From the NCBI GenBank assembly GCA_964016885.1, contig OZ024742.1, positions 202,926,001 to 202,990,000 on the forward strand: a stretch of 64,000 nucleotides of DNA. Direction: 5' to 3'. Shown in pieces: positions 60,872 through 64,000 of this stretch. The first letter of the stretch is position 1, and each line of letters begins with the position of its first letter. This DNA comes from Eledone cirrhosa (Eukaryota). The position numbers and the translations under genes were made by a program. Under the pieces are notes generated by a model, which saw only the letters and a list, made by a program, of their open reading frames with translations, did not search any database and was not told where the DNA came from.

Positions 60872-61199
60872 ATGATGTATGTATACTCTCTCACACATTC
60901 ACACACACACACATATATATATACACACAGCTGCACAGTACATGGCAGGTGCGAGTTCTTGTCCCACAGGTGAAACTGTCCACTTTTTTTCTTATCAGGG
61001 AGTCATATACCCAACTAATCAAAAATGTGCCCTGAAGCTGTTAAAACTTGATCAATAGCTATATAAATCGACTAAATATATATATATATATTTTATATAT
61101 TTGTGTTTATGAGTGTGTGTATATTTATGTTGGTTACACTTGGGTGTTTTAATAATCGTCCCCGTCTCAACAGAGACAACCTAGAAAAATTACTGATGT

Positions 61200-61640
61200 C
61201 TTCAATTCAATATTCGTTCCAACCCTTACCTATGGTCATAAATCTTGGGTAATGACCGAAAGAATCCGATTGTGAATACAAGTGGTCAAAACGGGGTTCT
61301 TCCGAAAGGTCTGTGGAGCAACTTTACTTGATAAAGTGCGTAGTTAGAATATTAGAGAGTTACTCCAGGTAGAGCCACTACTTCTCCAAATTGAGAGATC
61401 AAAGCTCCGATATTACAGGTATGTGGTTATAATGTCTCAGGAAAGAATTGCTGGACACATTTTATGGGCAAAACCAACCTGCAGGTGACCCAGGGGTAGA
61501 CTCTCAGCAAGATGGTTGATAACATCGATGAGCTCAGATGATCTCGCTTGGAGATCTAGCTGGATAAGTTGGAGATGAATGTTTCTGACAGGACCTGTTG
61601 GAAGGAGTGTTTGAGAATCCTCCCCCATAATCCTCTCAGC
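61200..61640 (+). mobile_element. RTE/Expander-like LINE 3' fragment
   Basis: SIFVPTLTYGHKSWVMTERIR..GATLLDKVRS..IRELLQVEPLLLQIERSKLR. Confidence 0.8.
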
Positions 61641-61780
61641 AATAAGTGGGCGATAAAGAAGACATACATATACACATATATATATATATACACACACCTA
61701 ATCGATAAAATAAACAATGATAAAAGATGCAGTAACAGCTGTCTGTATACATTGTAATGTTTGACAATGAAATTGACTGT

Positions 61781-61814
<34 letters not shown>

Positions 61815-62082
61815 CAGCAGCAGCAGTAGTAGTAAAATCTATTACAGCAATCAATGGCAATGTAAGTGTAGATGTCACCATCCTTCTTATAGTGAACCCT
61901 CCCCCTGTAATGTTTCGTATGTGTTGCTATAGAAGACTAACCAACACAATGTCATACAATTTGTTAAATAATTCAAGTTTGTGTGCCTTTACGGTAGAAC
62001 AGAGGAGAGAATAATTTGAGGTATATTTTCTGTCTCTCTGAGCTCTGAGTTTAAATCCCGCTGAGGTCAATTCTGCTTTTAA

Positions 62083-62303
62083 CCCTTTAGCATTTACATT
62101 ACTCTATATTTACTATTGTATTTTCATGGTAAAGGCTTTACCTCACATAATAATCTCACATAATATTGAATCTATGAGATTTTGATATTATTTATTTTGG
62201 GAACAATACCTTAACATCAGTATGAGCAGCCAGTTATGGCCAGCTTGAACAGAAAGAGGTGAGAGAATTCTGGCCAGATACAGCTGGTTTAAATGCTAAA
62301 GGG
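62083..62303. mobile_element. TTAA-flanked piggyBac-type MITE inserted in a SINE B remnant
   Basis: TTAA|CCCTTTAGCATTTA...TAAATGCTAAAGGG|TTAA. Confidence 0.9.
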
Positions 62304-62965
62304 TTAAATCCTTTAAGGTTGATAAAAACAAAGTACCTTTCTAGTCTTCCTCTATATCCCATTCTCACTTCCTCTCTCTCTCTTTCCTTCCCTAGAAGAA
62401 ATCAATTGTGTCCAGAAAAGACTATACAGTCCAATCTACCCTATCAACCCCCCCCCCCAAAAAAAAATACATGCAATATATATACAAATATGCACACTAT
62501 TGGATGGCTGTTGAGTCTCCTGAGTTCCATTGTCATTTAACAGTTTTGGCTTTGATTGCACAGGGCATTCAAAATTAACACTTTTAACCAAACACACACA
62601 CACACACACACACACACTCTCTCACACATACAGACATATATATATAGAGGAATTGTCCTACATGTTAAATTTAACCATGGTAGTGTCACTCAAGTCTAAA
62701 ATCTGTCTCAAGCCTGAAGACCCATCAGGCTAGTGTTTATCCCAGTTTCCGTAGCACGAAGTGGCTCAAAGTACAAAACTCGCCCCTTGAACAGGGCAGA
62801 CATCCATCACAGGGTTAAACCCCCAGCTATTTCTGGTATGCATTTTCTGATGTGTAAACTGAAGCAATGTGGAATGAAGTGTTTTATTCAAGAACACAAC
62901 ATACAACCCAGTTCAGGAATCAAACCTATGCCATTATGATTTTAAGTCCTTTACCACTAGGCCAC

Positions 62966-63355
62966 ATCATCATCATCATTTCATCATTTCATTTTACGTC
63001 TGCTTTTCCCTGCTTGCAAAGGTGGGACAGGAACTGATTCTGGCTTGATTTCTACAGCTTGATGCCCTTCCTAACACCAACCTCATTTACAGTGAGTGCT
63101 GGGTGCTTTTTTTCCGTGGTGCCTACACATCCACTTTACAGTGTGGGCTGGGTGCTTTTTTGCCGTGGCACCTCCATGACCACTTTGCAGTGGAATGATA
63201 GGGACCCCAGTCCCTATCACCTCATTTCTACAGCTGAATGAACTGGAGAAATGTGAAATAAAGTGTCTTGCTCAAGGAAACAACACATCACCCAGTCTGA
63301 GAATTGAACTCACAACCTTTCGATTGCAAGGCCAATGCTCTAACCACTAAGCCAC
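62966..63355 (-). mobile_element. SINE family A with an internal duplication
   Basis: Family A sequence with the TTTACAGTG..GGGTGCTTTTT..CCGTGG block duplicated. Confidence 0.88.
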
Positions 63356-64000
63356 ATACGTAATATATTGAGATGAAAATCTTAGGTTAAATGAATGTGT
63401 CTAGCCACCAAGGCTTCATAACAGGTGTAGCCAAGGAGAAGTAAACCATGAATAGTACATCTTGGGTAGAACTACCAGGATACAGGATGGAGCTTGACCG
63501 ACTCCAGCTGGGTTGCCTGGGTGATGTTGTCTGATGTTGAACCCCTAAAAACAACCAAGGACAAATCAGTTGAAAAAGAAAATAAACTCCCTCTAGGAGT
63601 TATTACAGCATCAACATCGCCATTTTTACGTTGCCTTTCCCGTGTTGACTTACGATGGATGAGACATTTTGAGGCAATGTTTTACAGACAGATGCCCTTG
63701 CTGACACTAACCCTTTTAGTTGCTTCTTACAACATGCAGGGATATACAAAATGCATATACATAGATGTGTGTGTTTGCATGTGTGCATGTGTGTGTTTAC
63801 AATGAGCTTCTGAGATTTCTGTCTACCAAATATCAACCCCAGTACATATTTTTTAGATTTGGTGCTTATTTATTAATCCCTTTTTGTGGAGCCAGTAAAT
63901 TATGGGGCGTAAACAGTAAATGTAAACACAGACATAAACACACACACACATTTATACATATATGCATATAAATATATACATACATATATATACACATAAC

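Overview
AT-rich, microsatellite-dense animal genomic DNA made almost entirely of transposon remnants; the SINE/LINE repertoire and repeat style suggest an octopus-like cephalopod (inference). Recognisable elements: a decayed Penelope-like element (YRDD RT + C-terminal GIY-YIG, 8.3-10.3 kb), a decayed RepHel Helitron with an intact 3' hairpin-CTAG end (29.0-32.6 kb), non-autonomous Helitrons, RTE/BovB/CR1/CRE/Tx1 LINE fragments, two tRNA-headed SINE families, a bipartite RTE derivative, TTAA-flanked MITEs and a G-rich ~59-bp minisatellite. The most interesting signal is a set of short non-coding inserts sitting in or beside (TA)n tracts that carry type I hammerhead-ribozyme motifs. Two look complete (24865-24935 minus, 58596-58690 plus), several use a U3-A8 core (TTGAnAA) and palindromic stem III loops, and several are wrapped in long inverted repeats (up to ~770 bp). 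They look like a Penelope-associated, retrozyme-like fold-back system. No host gene can be identified with confidence; one weak minus-strand exon pair lies near 21 kb. Most listed ORFs are microsatellite artefacts. All alignments and folds were done by eye.
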